Assembly: GCA_018062765.1 (NCBI GenBank)
Contig: JAGORR010000001.1
Coordinates: 217,249-281,248, forward strand
From: Minisyncoccota bacterium
GTDB taxonomy: Bacteria; Patescibacteriota; Minisyncoccia; Phycocordibacterales; Phycocordibacteraceae
Reading direction: 5' to 3'
Length of the DNA: 64,000 nt
Shown in pieces: positions 8,636 through 17,385 of this stretch (the stretch's first letter is position 1; the number at the start of each line of letters is the position of its first letter). The notes under the pieces are model-generated. The model ran no database searches, had not been told where the DNA came from, and saw only the letters and a list, made by a program, of their open reading frames with translations. The translations under genes were made by a program, and so were the position numbers.

Positions 8636-8936
8636 GCCTCGGGGCTGTTTCCGCTATGAGCGTCCATGGCTAAAGGACGAAGGCCGACGTTCGCCGGAGG
8701 CACTCTCTTCCGAAGCGGAAGCGACACAACGAACACCCGTATGCAATGGAGGATGGGGGTTGTGCGAGGCCGGACTCCGAAGGAACGAGGAGGAGGCCGA
8801 AGCTGGGGGAAGGATTCCTTCCTTCCCCCAAACAAGAGCCGCCCCGAAGCTCCCGCCCCGCAGGGCGGAGAGCAAGGAAAACGGCGGCACAGAGGAATCT
8901 AGGCCTTCGTAGCCATAGCGGAAACAGCCCCGAGGC
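8636..8936. repeat. 301-bp GC-rich element bounded by perfect 23-bp inverted repeats (MITE-like element or highly structured RNA)
   Basis: gcctcggggctgtttccgctatg (8636-8658) is the exact reverse complement of 8914-8936. The interior carries multiple local hairpins (cttccgaagcggaag, gggggaagg...ccttccccc). ORFs occur in all six frames, indicating no coding capacity. Confidence 0.5.
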
Positions 8937-9029
8937 GGATGCCGAGGGGTGAATCTCTTTAGTCAGGGGCGCTTCAAAGCGGATAAAAACAGACACGAGA
9001 CCACTGGGTATTTTGGGCTACCCCCGAGC

Positions 9030-9227
9030 CCTGCCGCTCCGAGCCCGGATTTTTGGATTCCCCCCCCGCGAAAAAAGAAAAGGATTTTAGTGCGGACAGG
9101 GGTCGGGGCGAGCGCCGAGTCCGCGAGGCGCGAGTAATCAGGGCTCCTTTGCAAAATGGGTTCTAACGGAGTTTAATAGGGTCTCAGATACACGAGAAAC
9201 GCGCCCCGCAGGGGCGCGTTTCTCGTG
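9030..9227. repeat. right copy of the ~200-bp inverted repeat (IR-R)
   Basis: Reverse complement of 4325-4526; differs essentially only in poly-G/C tract length. Confidence 0.85.
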
Positions 9228-9241
9228 GTAGATTCTAAGTA

Positions 9242-10240
9242 ATGATGCGTCACTTTCTTGTGCCGACACTGGTGTCGGCGCTCATACTTATAGCGCTTGG
9301 CGTATGGCTTGGGCCCGCGGCGTTCGTCACTGCCGTTCTCCTTGTCATTCTTGAGGTCACGCTTTCCTTTGATAATGCGGTCGTAAACGCCCGCATCCTT
9401 AAGGGTATGACGCCGGTGTGGCAGCGACGCTTCCTGACCTGGGGCATGCTCTTTGCTGTTTTTGGTACACGTCTCGTCCTTCCGATACTCATCGTCGCGG
9501 CTTCTGCATGGATGTCACCTTTGGCGGTTGCCTACATGGCCGGATTCGATCCTGAGGCGTATGCGCATCTTCTAGAGGGAACGAAGCACGCGATATACAG
9601 CTTCGGTGCCGCGTTCCTCCTTATGGTGTCCTTGAAGTATTTCTTCGACCAGGAGAAGGAGCTCCATTGGATAGGAATCATCGAGAAGCATTTGTCCCGC
9701 TGGGGTCGCATCGAGGCTTTGGAAATCGGATTTGGCCTTCTCATTCTCCTCGGGTTCTCATTCCTGGTCCCGTCTGCGGAGCAGGGAATCGTGCTCTCCT
9801 CAGGCATTATCGGCATCGCGCTCTTTATCCTCATGCAGGGTATCGCAAGCTCGTTCGCGGTAGAGACGGACACCATCGCGACGACGGCCGCGGGCGCCGG
9901 CCTCGCGCTCTTCATTTACCTCAACATTCTCGACTCCGCATTCTCCCTTGATAGCGTGGTGGGTGCCTTCGCACTCTCAACCGCCATACCCGTTATCGTC
10001 GCAGGCCTCGGTATTGGCGCCTGGTTCGTGCGTTCTCTCACCATCTACTTCGTGCAGAAGGGAACACTCGACACCCTGCTCTACCTTGAGCACGGCGCGC
10101 ACTGGGCCATCCTTGGTCTCGCCCTCTCGATGTACGCCGGGCTCTTGTTCCATGTACCGGAGACGATTACCGGCACCATAGGACTAGCATTTGTCGTCGC
10201 GGCCTATTATTCGTCGCTTCGCGTGAAGAAACATGCTTGA
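9242..10240 (+). CDS. TerC/DUF475-family integral membrane protein
   Basis: EVTLSFDNAVVNA motif; multi-pass membrane protein; 332 aa. Confidence 0.65.
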   Translation: MMRHFLVPTLVSALILIALGVWLGPAAFVTAVLLVILEVTLSFDNAVVNARILKGMTPVWQRRFLTWGMLFAVFGTRLVLPILIVAASAWMSPLAVAYMAGFDPEAYAHLLEGTKHAIYSFGAAFLLMVSLKYFFDQEKELHWIGIIEKHLSRWGRIEALEIGFGLLILLGFSFLVPSAEQGIVLSSGIIGIALFILMQGIASSFAVETDTIATTAAGAGLALFIYLNILDSAFSLDSVVGAFALSTAIPVIVAGLGIGAWFVRSLTIYFVQKGTLDTLLYLEHGAHWAILGLALSMYAGLLFHVPETITGTIGLAFVVAAYYSSLRVKKHA

Positions 10241-10907
10241 AAAGAACGATAATTTGCCGCCGCTTCCCACAACACGCGAGGTGGTGAAGAACCTATTCAT
10301 CCTTGCGATTGTCATCGTGCTCGCGTATGTCGTCACGGTGGTGATTGGTGTGGAGCGGTTGCGGGAACTTGCGATCACACTCGGTCCTTGGGGCGCGCTC
10401 CTCGTCATCGTAGTCAAAATGACCACCATCATTGTTGTGCCCTTGGGAGGCGGCATCGTCTATCCGATTGCAGGCGCGGTGTACGGATTCTGGTACGGGT
10501 GGGCGCTGACCTTAATTGGGGATTTTTTGGGGTTTGCCACCGCGTTCTACCTATCGCGCGCATTTGGTCGGCCTATCGCGCGCTTCTTTGTTCCGCAGAG
10601 CCAGTGGGGTACCTTCGAGCGCGTACTCGCAAAAAGCTCATCTTGGAAGACCCTCATCAAGGCCCGAATCGCGTTTTCACCCCTACCAGAGCTTTTCGCG
10701 TACGCAGCAGGTCTTACCAAAGTGTCGTTCATCGTGTTCATCACCATCATGATGGTGCTCCAGATTCCAGGCACGGCAATCTTCACCTTATTCGGAGACT
10801 TGCTCCTTGCGGGTGACTTCGTCGCGCTCGCGCTTGCTGGGGTTGTTGGTGCGGTGCTTATGTTCGGCGGTGGCTGGCTTCTCCATAAGGACCTCGCCAA
10901 GGACTGA
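10233..10907 (+). CDS. DedA/SNARE-associated (TVP38/TMEM64) family membrane protein
   Basis: GDFLGFATAFYLSRAFGRP motif region and hydrophobicity pattern typical of DedA. Confidence 0.7.
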   Translation: MLEKNDNLPPLPTTREVVKNLFILAIVIVLAYVVTVVIGVERLRELAITLGPWGALLVIVVKMTTIIVVPLGGGIVYPIAGAVYGFWYGWALTLIGDFLGFATAFYLSRAFGRPIARFFVPQSQWGTFERVLAKSSSWKTLIKARIAFSPLPELFAYAAGLTKVSFIVFITIMMVLQIPGTAIFTLFGDLLLAGDFVALALAGVVGAVLMFGGGWLLHKDLAKD

Positions 10908-11094
10908 CCTTGCGGTACGCGGGACCAAGAGTATAGTCCAGGGACCGGTGCTTCGTCGCTACGAATTTTCACCTCGAAGGCGAAGTAAAGGAGCCACCCG
11001 GGCGTTGCGGTAATGTGAGCCAGACCTTGCGGCCACCCTCCCCACCTCGCCCGGGTGGTTTTTCTTTTGCAGGCGATTCGCGCATACTCTTTTT

Positions 11095-11976
11095 ATGACT
11101 GATGATGCGAGGGAGAAGCGTTTAGAGGAACTCGAGCTTTTGATGGGCACGCCCGATTTCTGGGCCAACAAGGACGAGGCGCAGGCGCGCGTTGCCGAAT
11201 ACCAGGCGCTTAAAGAAGGAGGGTCAGGTGACCCGACGGATGCGGGCGGAGCGACCATCACGATACTTGCCGGCGCCGGAGGGGACGATGCAGAAGATTT
11301 TGCGGCGATGCTTCTCCGGATGTACGAAGGCTACGCGACCAAGAAAGGTTGGAGGTGGCGAGTGCTCGATGATAACGAGAACGATCACGGCGGATACCGC
11401 AACGTTGTTGCGGAAGTCGCGGGGGCGGGGGCGTATGGGCGCGTGAAGCACGAGGCAGGAGTCCATCGTCTGGTACGTATCTCGCCTTTTAACGCGCAGG
11501 ATAAACGGCAGACCTCATTCGCGATGGTCGAGGTCCATCCAGCTCTCGGAAAGCATATGAAGGTGGAACTCAAGCCGGACGACCTGGAGATTACGTTCGC
11601 GAAGGCGGGTGGAGCCGGCGGCCAGAACGTCAACAAGCGCGAGACGGCGGTGCGCATCATTCATAAACCCACTGGGCTTTCCGTGCACGTATCGTCGGAG
11701 CGGAGCCAGCAAGCGAACCGAGAGAAAGGCATGGAGCTTCTTTCTGCAAAGATTCACATGCGAGAAGCGGAGGTGAGGGAGGCTGAGCGCGCAGGGCGTT
11801 CGATATCTGCGACAACCGCCAACGAATGGGGAAGCCAGATACGCTCCTATGTGCTCCATCCCTACAAGATGGTGAAGGATCATCGCACCGAGCATGAGTC
11901 ATCTAACCCCGACAAGGTGCTTGCAGGCGATATCGACGATTTTATAGACGCAGCAGCCGCGAAAACCGTTGCATAA
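11095..11976 (+). CDS. prfB: peptide chain release factor 2 (no programmed frameshift; short N-terminus)
   Basis: SPF tripeptide (RISPFNA), GGQ motif ([11 protein letters not shown]), WGSQIRSYV. No in-frame TGA or CUU-UGA-C frameshift site upstream. Confidence 0.85.
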   Translation: MTDDAREKRLEELELLMGTPDFWANKDEAQARVAEYQALKEGGSGDPTDAGGATITILAGAGGDDAEDFAAMLLRMYEGYATKKGWRWRVLDDNENDHGGYRNVVAEVAGAGAYGRVKHEAGVHRLVRISPFNAQDKRQTSFAMVEVHPALGKHMKVELKPDDLEITFAKAGGAGGQNVNKRETAVRIIHKPTGLSVHVSSERSQQANREKGMELLSAKIHMREAEVREAERAGRSISATTANEWGSQIRSYVLHPYKMVKDHRTEHESSNPDKVLAGDIDDFIDAAAAKTVA

Positions 11977-12060
11977 TCCGCTATCCACACGGAAGCGCCT
12001 CGCTCCTCGGCCGATTTCCTAGACGCGCTCTAAGCAGGTGGGGTAGAATAGGCGGGTTAC

Positions 12061-12741
12061 ATGATCTATTTCGACAAGGTCACGAAGCGCTACGGCGACA
12101 ACACTCCAGCCATAGAGGATGTGACCGTCTCCATCGCCCCGAAGGAATTCGTCTCCATCGTCGGGCACTCGGGCGCCGGGAAAACTACCCTCATTAAACT
12201 CCTTCTTGCAGAGGAGCGACCTTCAGACGGCTCAGTATTCTACGAGTCTGTCGACGTACATACGCTCCCCTCAAACGCGCTGTATCACTACCGTCGGAAA
12301 ATCGGCACCGTCTTTCAGGATTTCCGCCTCATCCCGAATAAGACCGCGTACGAGAACATTGCGTTTGCAATGGAGGCCGCAGGACGTCCTGACGATGAGA
12401 TTGCTTCTGACGTGCCGCACATCCTCGAGCTTGTTGACCTCGCGGATAAGGCGAATCACTTCCCTCGGCAGTTATCTGGTGGAGAGCAGCAGAGGGTTGC
12501 TATCGGCCGCGCCATCATCAACCAGCCGGACATCATCATCGCGGACGAGCCTACTGGGAATCTCGACCCTATAAATACGTACGAGGTCGTAGAAATCCTG
12601 AAGAAGATTAACGAGATAGGCACCACGGTCATCATCACGACTCATAACAAGGGTGTCGTTGATGCCATCGGCAAGCGCGTTATCACGATGGACAAGGGCC
12701 GATTGGTGCGCGACGATAGTTCTGGCCACTACCTCCTATGA
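12061..12741 (+). CDS. ftsE: cell-division ABC ATPase FtsE
   Basis: Walker A GHSGAGKTT, LSGGEQQRVAIGRAI, Walker B IIIADEPTGNLD; followed by ftsX with an ATGA overlap. Confidence 0.9.
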   Translation: MIYFDKVTKRYGDNTPAIEDVTVSIAPKEFVSIVGHSGAGKTTLIKLLLAEERPSDGSVFYESVDVHTLPSNALYHYRRKIGTVFQDFRLIPNKTAYENIAFAMEAAGRPDDEIASDVPHILELVDLADKANHFPRQLSGGEQQRVAIGRAIINQPDIIIADEPTGNLDPINTYEVVEILKKINEIGTTVIITTHNKGVVDAIGKRVITMDKGRLVRDDSSGHYLL

Positions 12742-13673
12742 CCAACAATCTCTGGCTTTCCGTACGAAGAGTGATGCAGGGTGGCGCGAAGAATTTCGTG
12801 CGCGGCGGGGCGGTGACGGTGGCGACGATGATTGTGATGACCGTCACTCTCTCCATCATCGGACTCCTCCTTTTCATGTCAGCGCTTCTGACCTTCACCC
12901 TTGAAGCCGTGCGCGAGAAGGTCGATATCAATATCAACTTCCTGACAACCGCCTCAGAAGGAGAGATACTCGCGTTCGCCGATGAGCTCCGGGGACTGCC
13001 TGAAGTGGCAGAAGTCGTATACACCACCCGCGAGCAGGTGCTCGCGGATTTCCGTGCGAGCCATCAGAACGACCAGCTCATTCTCCAGTCCCTCACCGAG
13101 ATTGGAGACAATCCGTTCGGTGCTTCCTTGGGCGTGCGCGCGAAGGATCCTGACCAGTACGAGGCCATCAAGCGCTTCCTCGACGACCAGACCGCGCTCT
13201 CCTCGGAAGGTTCCTCCATTATCTATGACGATAACTTCGATCGTAACCGCGAGACCATTGCCAGGCTTTCTGGCGCCATCACGGCGACTGAGCGTACGGG
13301 ACTTGCCATCGTCATCCTATTCTCTCTTGCGAGCGCCATCATCACCTTCGCGACAATACGGCTTGCTATCTACTCCTCGCGCGACGAAATAGGCGTCATG
13401 CGCCTGGTGGGTGCCTCAAACATGTACATCCGCGGGCCATTCATCATCGCTGGCGTTATCGCCGGAGTCCTCTCGGCGCTCATCACGCTCTTGGCGTTCT
13501 TCCCAATATTCTGGTACCTGGGCCGAATCTCTGAGGATTATCTCGGCGGGTTCAATCTGTTTACGTACTACGCGACGAATTTCCCGTGGATATTCCTTGT
13601 CATCGTCGGTTCAGGCATCTTGCTTGGCGCGGTCGCAAGTTACCTCGCGGTGCGCCGCTACCTCAGAGTCTAG
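12738..13673 (+). CDS. ftsX: cell-division permease FtsX
   Basis: N-terminal TM, periplasmic domain, three C-terminal TMs; position after ftsE. Confidence 0.85.
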   Translation: MTNNLWLSVRRVMQGGAKNFVRGGAVTVATMIVMTVTLSIIGLLLFMSALLTFTLEAVREKVDININFLTTASEGEILAFADELRGLPEVAEVVYTTREQVLADFRASHQNDQLILQSLTEIGDNPFGASLGVRAKDPDQYEAIKRFLDDQTALSSEGSSIIYDDNFDRNRETIARLSGAITATERTGLAIVILFSLASAIITFATIRLAIYSSRDEIGVMRLVGASNMYIRGPFIIAGVIAGVLSALITLLAFFPIFWYLGRISEDYLGGFNLFTYYATNFPWIFLVIVGSGILLGAVASYLAVRRYLRV

Positions 13674-13724
13674 GTATGTCTGAGTACCTAACAGCTAACA
13701 GCTCGCAGCTCGCAGCTTTTTGAT

Positions 13725-15374
13725 ATGGCTAAGGAGGGTCATAAGTACGTCTTCGTCCTCGGGGGCGTCATGAGCGGGGTGGGTAAGGGCGTCGCTTCTT
13801 CCTCAATGGCGCTCATTCTCAAGGAACGCGGCTTCGAAGTGAACCTTGTGAAGATTGATCCGTACCTAAACGTCGATGCAGGTACGATGAATCCGACTGA
13901 GCACGGCGAAGTGTTCGTCCTTGCCTCAGGCCTTGAGACCGATCAGGATATGGGCAACTACGAACGCTTTTTGGGCCGCGACTTGGGGCCTGAGGACTAC
14001 ATGACCTCCGGCATGGTCTATCGCTCCGTTATCGATAAGGAGCGAGCGCTCAAGTACGGAGGGAAGTGTGTCGAGGCCATCCCGCATGTCCGGGACGAGA
14101 TTATCGAGCGCATCGAGGCAGCGGCAAGCCATAATGGCAGCCAGGTATCGGTCATCGAGATAGGCGGTACCGTAGGGGATTTCCAGAACGCGCTTTTTAT
14201 CGAGGCGGCGCGCGTGATGAAGATGCGCCACCCGGACGATGTCATCTTCGTGATGGTCTCCTACATGCCTATTCCCTCCACACTGGGCGAGATGAAGACA
14301 AAGCCAACGCAGAACGCGGTTAGGCAGCTGAACTCGTACGGCGTGCAGCCGGACTTTTTGGTGGCGCGCGCAAAGTTTCCGCTTGACGACAAACGCAAGG
14401 AGAAGCTCGCAATAGCAGTATCGGTACGTGCTGACCGAATCATCTCGGCGCCCGACGTCGATTCCATATACGACGTGCCGCTCAATTTCGAGAAGGACGA
14501 GATCGGTGATGCGCTCCTTAAAGCCCTGTCCCTCGAGCCCAAGAAGGATTCAGAACTCCAGGAGTGGAAAGCGTTCGTGGACGCCGTGAAGGCGGGAGGT
14601 CCGGAAGTCAGGATTGGGATTGTCGGGAAGTATTTCGATACGGGCGATTTCGTCCTTTCTGACGCGTACCTCTCTGTTATCGAGGCTATTAAGTTCTCCG
14701 GAGCGACGGTTGGCGTGCGTCCCATTATCGAGTGGATAAACGCGAAAGATATCGAGCGCGCGGGGAACGCGGACGTGCTCTCGGGCTATCACGGCATCAT
14801 TGTGCCAGGAGGGTTTGGCGAGACCGGTATCGAAGGGAAGATTCTTGCAGCGCGCTACGCGCGAGAGAATAAGGTTCCGTACTTCGGCCTTTGCTACGGC
14901 ATGCACATGCAGGTGATTGAGTACGCGAGGAACGTACTCGGGCTTTCGGGCGCTCATACGGTAGAGATTGATAAAGATGCGCCGCACCCTGTCGTTGACG
15001 TGATGCCAGATCAGAAGGCTCTTATAAAGGAGGGGAAGTACGGCGGCACCATGCGCCTTGGTGTCTACGAGGCGAAGCTCGGCAAGGGGACGATTGCACG
15101 TGAAGCATATGGCGCGGACTCTGTGATGGAGCGCCACCGCCACCGTTACGAAATCAATCCGGAATATATAGAGCGGATAGAGAACGCAGGGCTCGTATTC
15201 TCTGGTCGCTCCCCGGATGGCGTCCTTATGGAAATCGCGGAGCTACCGCGCACCGAGCATCCGTTCTACCTTGGCTGCCAGTTCCATCCGGAACTGCAGG
15301 CGCGCCCATTGTCCCCGCACCCTTTGTTTACGCGGTTTATCGAGGCGGCGCGTGCTCGCGGAGAAACGAAATAG
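13725..15374 (+). CDS. pyrG: CTP synthase
   Basis: N-terminal synthetase domain (VFVLGGVMSGVGKG) and C-terminal glutamine amidotransferase domain (GLCYGMHM, H-E); AAGGAGGG RBS. Confidence 0.95.
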   Translation: MAKEGHKYVFVLGGVMSGVGKGVASSSMALILKERGFEVNLVKIDPYLNVDAGTMNPTEHGEVFVLASGLETDQDMGNYERFLGRDLGPEDYMTSGMVYRSVIDKERALKYGGKCVEAIPHVRDEIIERIEAAASHNGSQVSVIEIGGTVGDFQNALFIEAARVMKMRHPDDVIFVMVSYMPIPSTLGEMKTKPTQNAVRQLNSYGVQPDFLVARAKFPLDDKRKEKLAIAVSVRADRIISAPDVDSIYDVPLNFEKDEIGDALLKALSLEPKKDSELQEWKAFVDAVKAGGPEVRIGIVGKYFDTGDFVLSDAYLSVIEAIKFSGATVGVRPIIEWINAKDIERAGNADVLSGYHGIIVPGGFGETGIEGKILAARYARENKVPYFGLCYGMHMQVIEYARNVLGLSGAHTVEIDKDAPHPVVDVMPDQKALIKEGKYGGTMRLGVYEAKLGKGTIAREAYGADSVMERHRHRYEINPEYIERIENAGLVFSGRSPDGVLMEIAELPRTEHPFYLGCQFHPELQARPLSPHPLFTRFIEAARARGETK

Positions 15375-15452
15375 GCCTAGAGTTGGTTTGTATAAGTAGA
15401 AGCGGTGCCGTAGAGTTGCGGCAGTCAGTCATTTACAAAGAAAGGAGGGCCG

Positions 15453-15785
15453 ATGGCCACCCATGACCATGTCATCATCGACCCTCGGAGCGTCTCCGAG
15501 CTTGGTGAGAGGAATAAGTACGGGCACCACCGGTATGAGTGGAACGCGGACGGAAGGCTTCGTTGGCAAACGCGCAGTCTGTTTGACAACGAACTCTATC
15601 CGCTCACGCATGCGGGATATGAAGTCATCCTCCGCCGCTATGGCCTCGATGACGTCGACCGCGTGAAGCTCGACCGCGACACGCTTTCCATCACTGGGCC
15701 TGAAGCACTCCGGAACTGGAAACGTCGTCCTCTGTGGACACGCATACGCAAAGCGCTTCACCTTGATGAGCCCGAACACGCCTGA
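15453..15785 (+). CDS. hypothetical protein
   Basis: 110-aa ORF with an AAGGAGGG RBS 8 nt upstream and a terminator hairpin immediately downstream. Confidence 0.4.
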   Translation: MATHDHVIIDPRSVSELGERNKYGHHRYEWNADGRLRWQTRSLFDNELYPLTHAGYEVILRRYGLDDVDRVKLDRDTLSITGPEALRNWKRRPLWTRIRKALHLDEPEHA

Positions 15786-15806
15786 GCGCGACCCAAAAGG
15801 TCGCGC
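15786..15806 (+). terminator. rho-independent terminator
   Basis: GCGCGACC-caaaa-GGTCGCGC followed by TCATTGTCTTT. Confidence 0.5.
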
Positions 15807-16076
15807 TCATTGTCTTTAGCGAAGCTAATGCTAGGGTTGTCTCGGGTGTCCAAGCACTGTGGTGGGCTACTAGGGAGGGAACAGTAGGCCAGCCCGAATA
15901 CCCGCGACAGCCAGTGACTTTTGACCGGCTCGGAAGGTCGCTCTAGTCTGCGAAGCAGGCGAAAAGCGTACGCCGCGCACGTCGTCCGTAACGATAACGG
16001 ACCGGTCACTGGGGCTTGGGCGCCTGCTTGATGGCATTTTTTGAGCAACGCCAGGCGAACGTACGGAGGAAGTGAG

Positions 16077-16388
16077 ATGTGCAATCTGAAGGCCGGCGAT
16101 ATGGTCGAGTGCATCTTCGCCGGGAAGATCCATCAGTGGAGCAAGAAGGTAATGCCGGTAGAGGGTCAGCGATACACCGTGGAATCGGTACGACCGCTCG
16201 GAGACGGATACAGCGTGCGGTTGCTTGAGCTGACACCGCACTGCAATGACGACAAGCCGTGCAAGTGCGGCAACTGCGGATGGGATTCGACCCGGTTCCG
16301 CAAAATCAACCCGCCCAAGAAGGAGCTTCCGTCGGTCCTGACCGACCTCCTCCTGGTGCCGGACAGGAAGGTCCTGGAGCCTGTCTGA
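16077..16388 (+). CDS. hypothetical small protein (CxC..C cluster)
   Basis: Internal ATG after a GGAGGAAG RBS. Cys-rich C-terminal half (HCNDDKPCKCGNCGW). Confidence 0.4.
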   Translation: MCNLKAGDMVECIFAGKIHQWSKKVMPVEGQRYTVESVRPLGDGYSVRLLELTPHCNDDKPCKCGNCGWDSTRFRKINPPKKELPSVLTDLLLVPDRKVLEPV

Positions 16389-16478
16389 CTCGGACGCGGG
16401 TTACCTCAAAATTACCGCCCCAGCCTATGCTGGGGCGGCTTTCTTATGTTGCGCCTGCTACCTGAAGTAAGTAGATAC

Positions 16479-16775
16479 TTATCGAATGCGGAGCCTGAAT
16501 GCAACGGTGTCCTCGTCGAGGATGTCCTCGGATTTACGCACCTTTGCTTTTAAGGGAAGGAGATAGGTTCCGGATTTTTTATCAGGGAATATGGAAGTGT
16601 CCCAGGTGGTTTTGCCGACAGTTACCGCCACAGGAAGCGAACCCCAACCCTTAGCAGATTTTCCGTACTTCTCTTTAATCTCGGCTGCTTCTTTCTTGGG
16701 AAGGTAAAGGAAGCGCCACCCGCCCATGCCGAGATATACAACCACTTTTGATTTCAGAGTATAGGTCCTACGCAT
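16479..16775 (-). CDS. DUF1905-family protein
   Basis: GKTTWDTSIFPDKKSGTYLLPLKAKVRK matches the DUF1905 signature. Confidence 0.5.
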   Translation of the reverse strand: MRRTYTLKSKVVVYLGMGGWRFLYLPKKEAAEIKEKYGKSAKGWGSLPVAVTVGKTTWDTSIFPDKKSGTYLLPLKAKVRKSEDILDEDTVAFRLRIR

Positions 16776-16989
16776 CAGCAGGCTTTGCCTCGAACTCGCT
16801 CTGCATACGCGCCATCCACTGCTCTCTATTCTCGCCAGTCCTCTCCTCGAGGCTCATGACATGCGCGGTATGTTCCTGGTCGGTCATGATGTGCCCCATA
16901 CCTTGCTGTACGATTCCGTCGAAGGTGTCGGCCGAGAATGAGGTGTCGCAGATTCCGCCAAGTTCCCGGCAGGTGAAGGTTTTAGTCAT
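16768..16989 (-). CDS. DUF1059-family small protein
   Basis: [25 protein letters not shown]...H...H pattern of DUF1059. Confidence 0.45.
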   Translation of the reverse strand: MTKTFTCRELGGICDTSFSADTFDGIVQQGMGHIMTDQEHTAHVMSLEERTGENREQWMARMQSEFEAKPADA

Positions 16990-17013
16990 AGGGGCAGTAT
17001 AATCTCCTCAACC

Positions 17014-17385
17014 ATGAAGAAACAAGCAGATGCCGCAAAAAAGCATCGTGTCTACACCATGAGCTTCGCGAGCGTCTACCCGCTTTATGTGAAGAAGGCT
17101 GAAAAGAAGGGGCGCACGAATGCAGAGGTAGACGAAGTTATCGGTTGGCTCACGGGCTACACCAAGAAGGGGCTTGCGGCAGAGCTCAAGAAGGGGACGG
17201 ATATCGAGACGTTCATAAAGAAGGCTCCAAAACTGAACCCTGCTCGAAAACTGATCACGGGTGTCGTTTGCGGCGTGCGCGTAGAGGAGGTCAAGGAAAA
17301 AACGATGCGGGAGATTCGGTACCTGGATAAGCTCGTGGACGAGCTTGCGAAGGGCCGGGCGATGGAAAAAGTTTTGCGGAAGTAA
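17014..17385 (+). CDS. DUF2200-family protein
   Basis: [20 protein letters not shown]...WLTGY signature. Confidence 0.45.
   Translation: MKKQADAAKKHRVYTMSFASVYPLYVKKAEKKGRTNAEVDEVIGWLTGYTKKGLAAELKKGTDIETFIKKAPKLNPARKLITGVVCGVRVEEVKEKTMREIRYLDKLVDELAKGRAMEKVLRK

Noticed and set aside
8563-9154. Cluster of 8 or more overlapping ORFs of 60-110 aa in all six frames (for example 8628-8912 +, 8670-8996 -, 8746-8952 +)
   Set aside because: Uniformly high GC with open frames on every strand and low-complexity R/P/G/A-rich translations. The region is explained by the 23-bp-IR element and the 200-bp inverted repeat. No RBS or plausible protein features.
11041-11100. Possible RF2 +1 programmed frameshift site (…CTTTTTATGACTGATG…)
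   Set aside because: The TGA here is out of frame with any upstream ORF and there is no upstream coding segment. The main ORF starts cleanly at the ATG at 11095.
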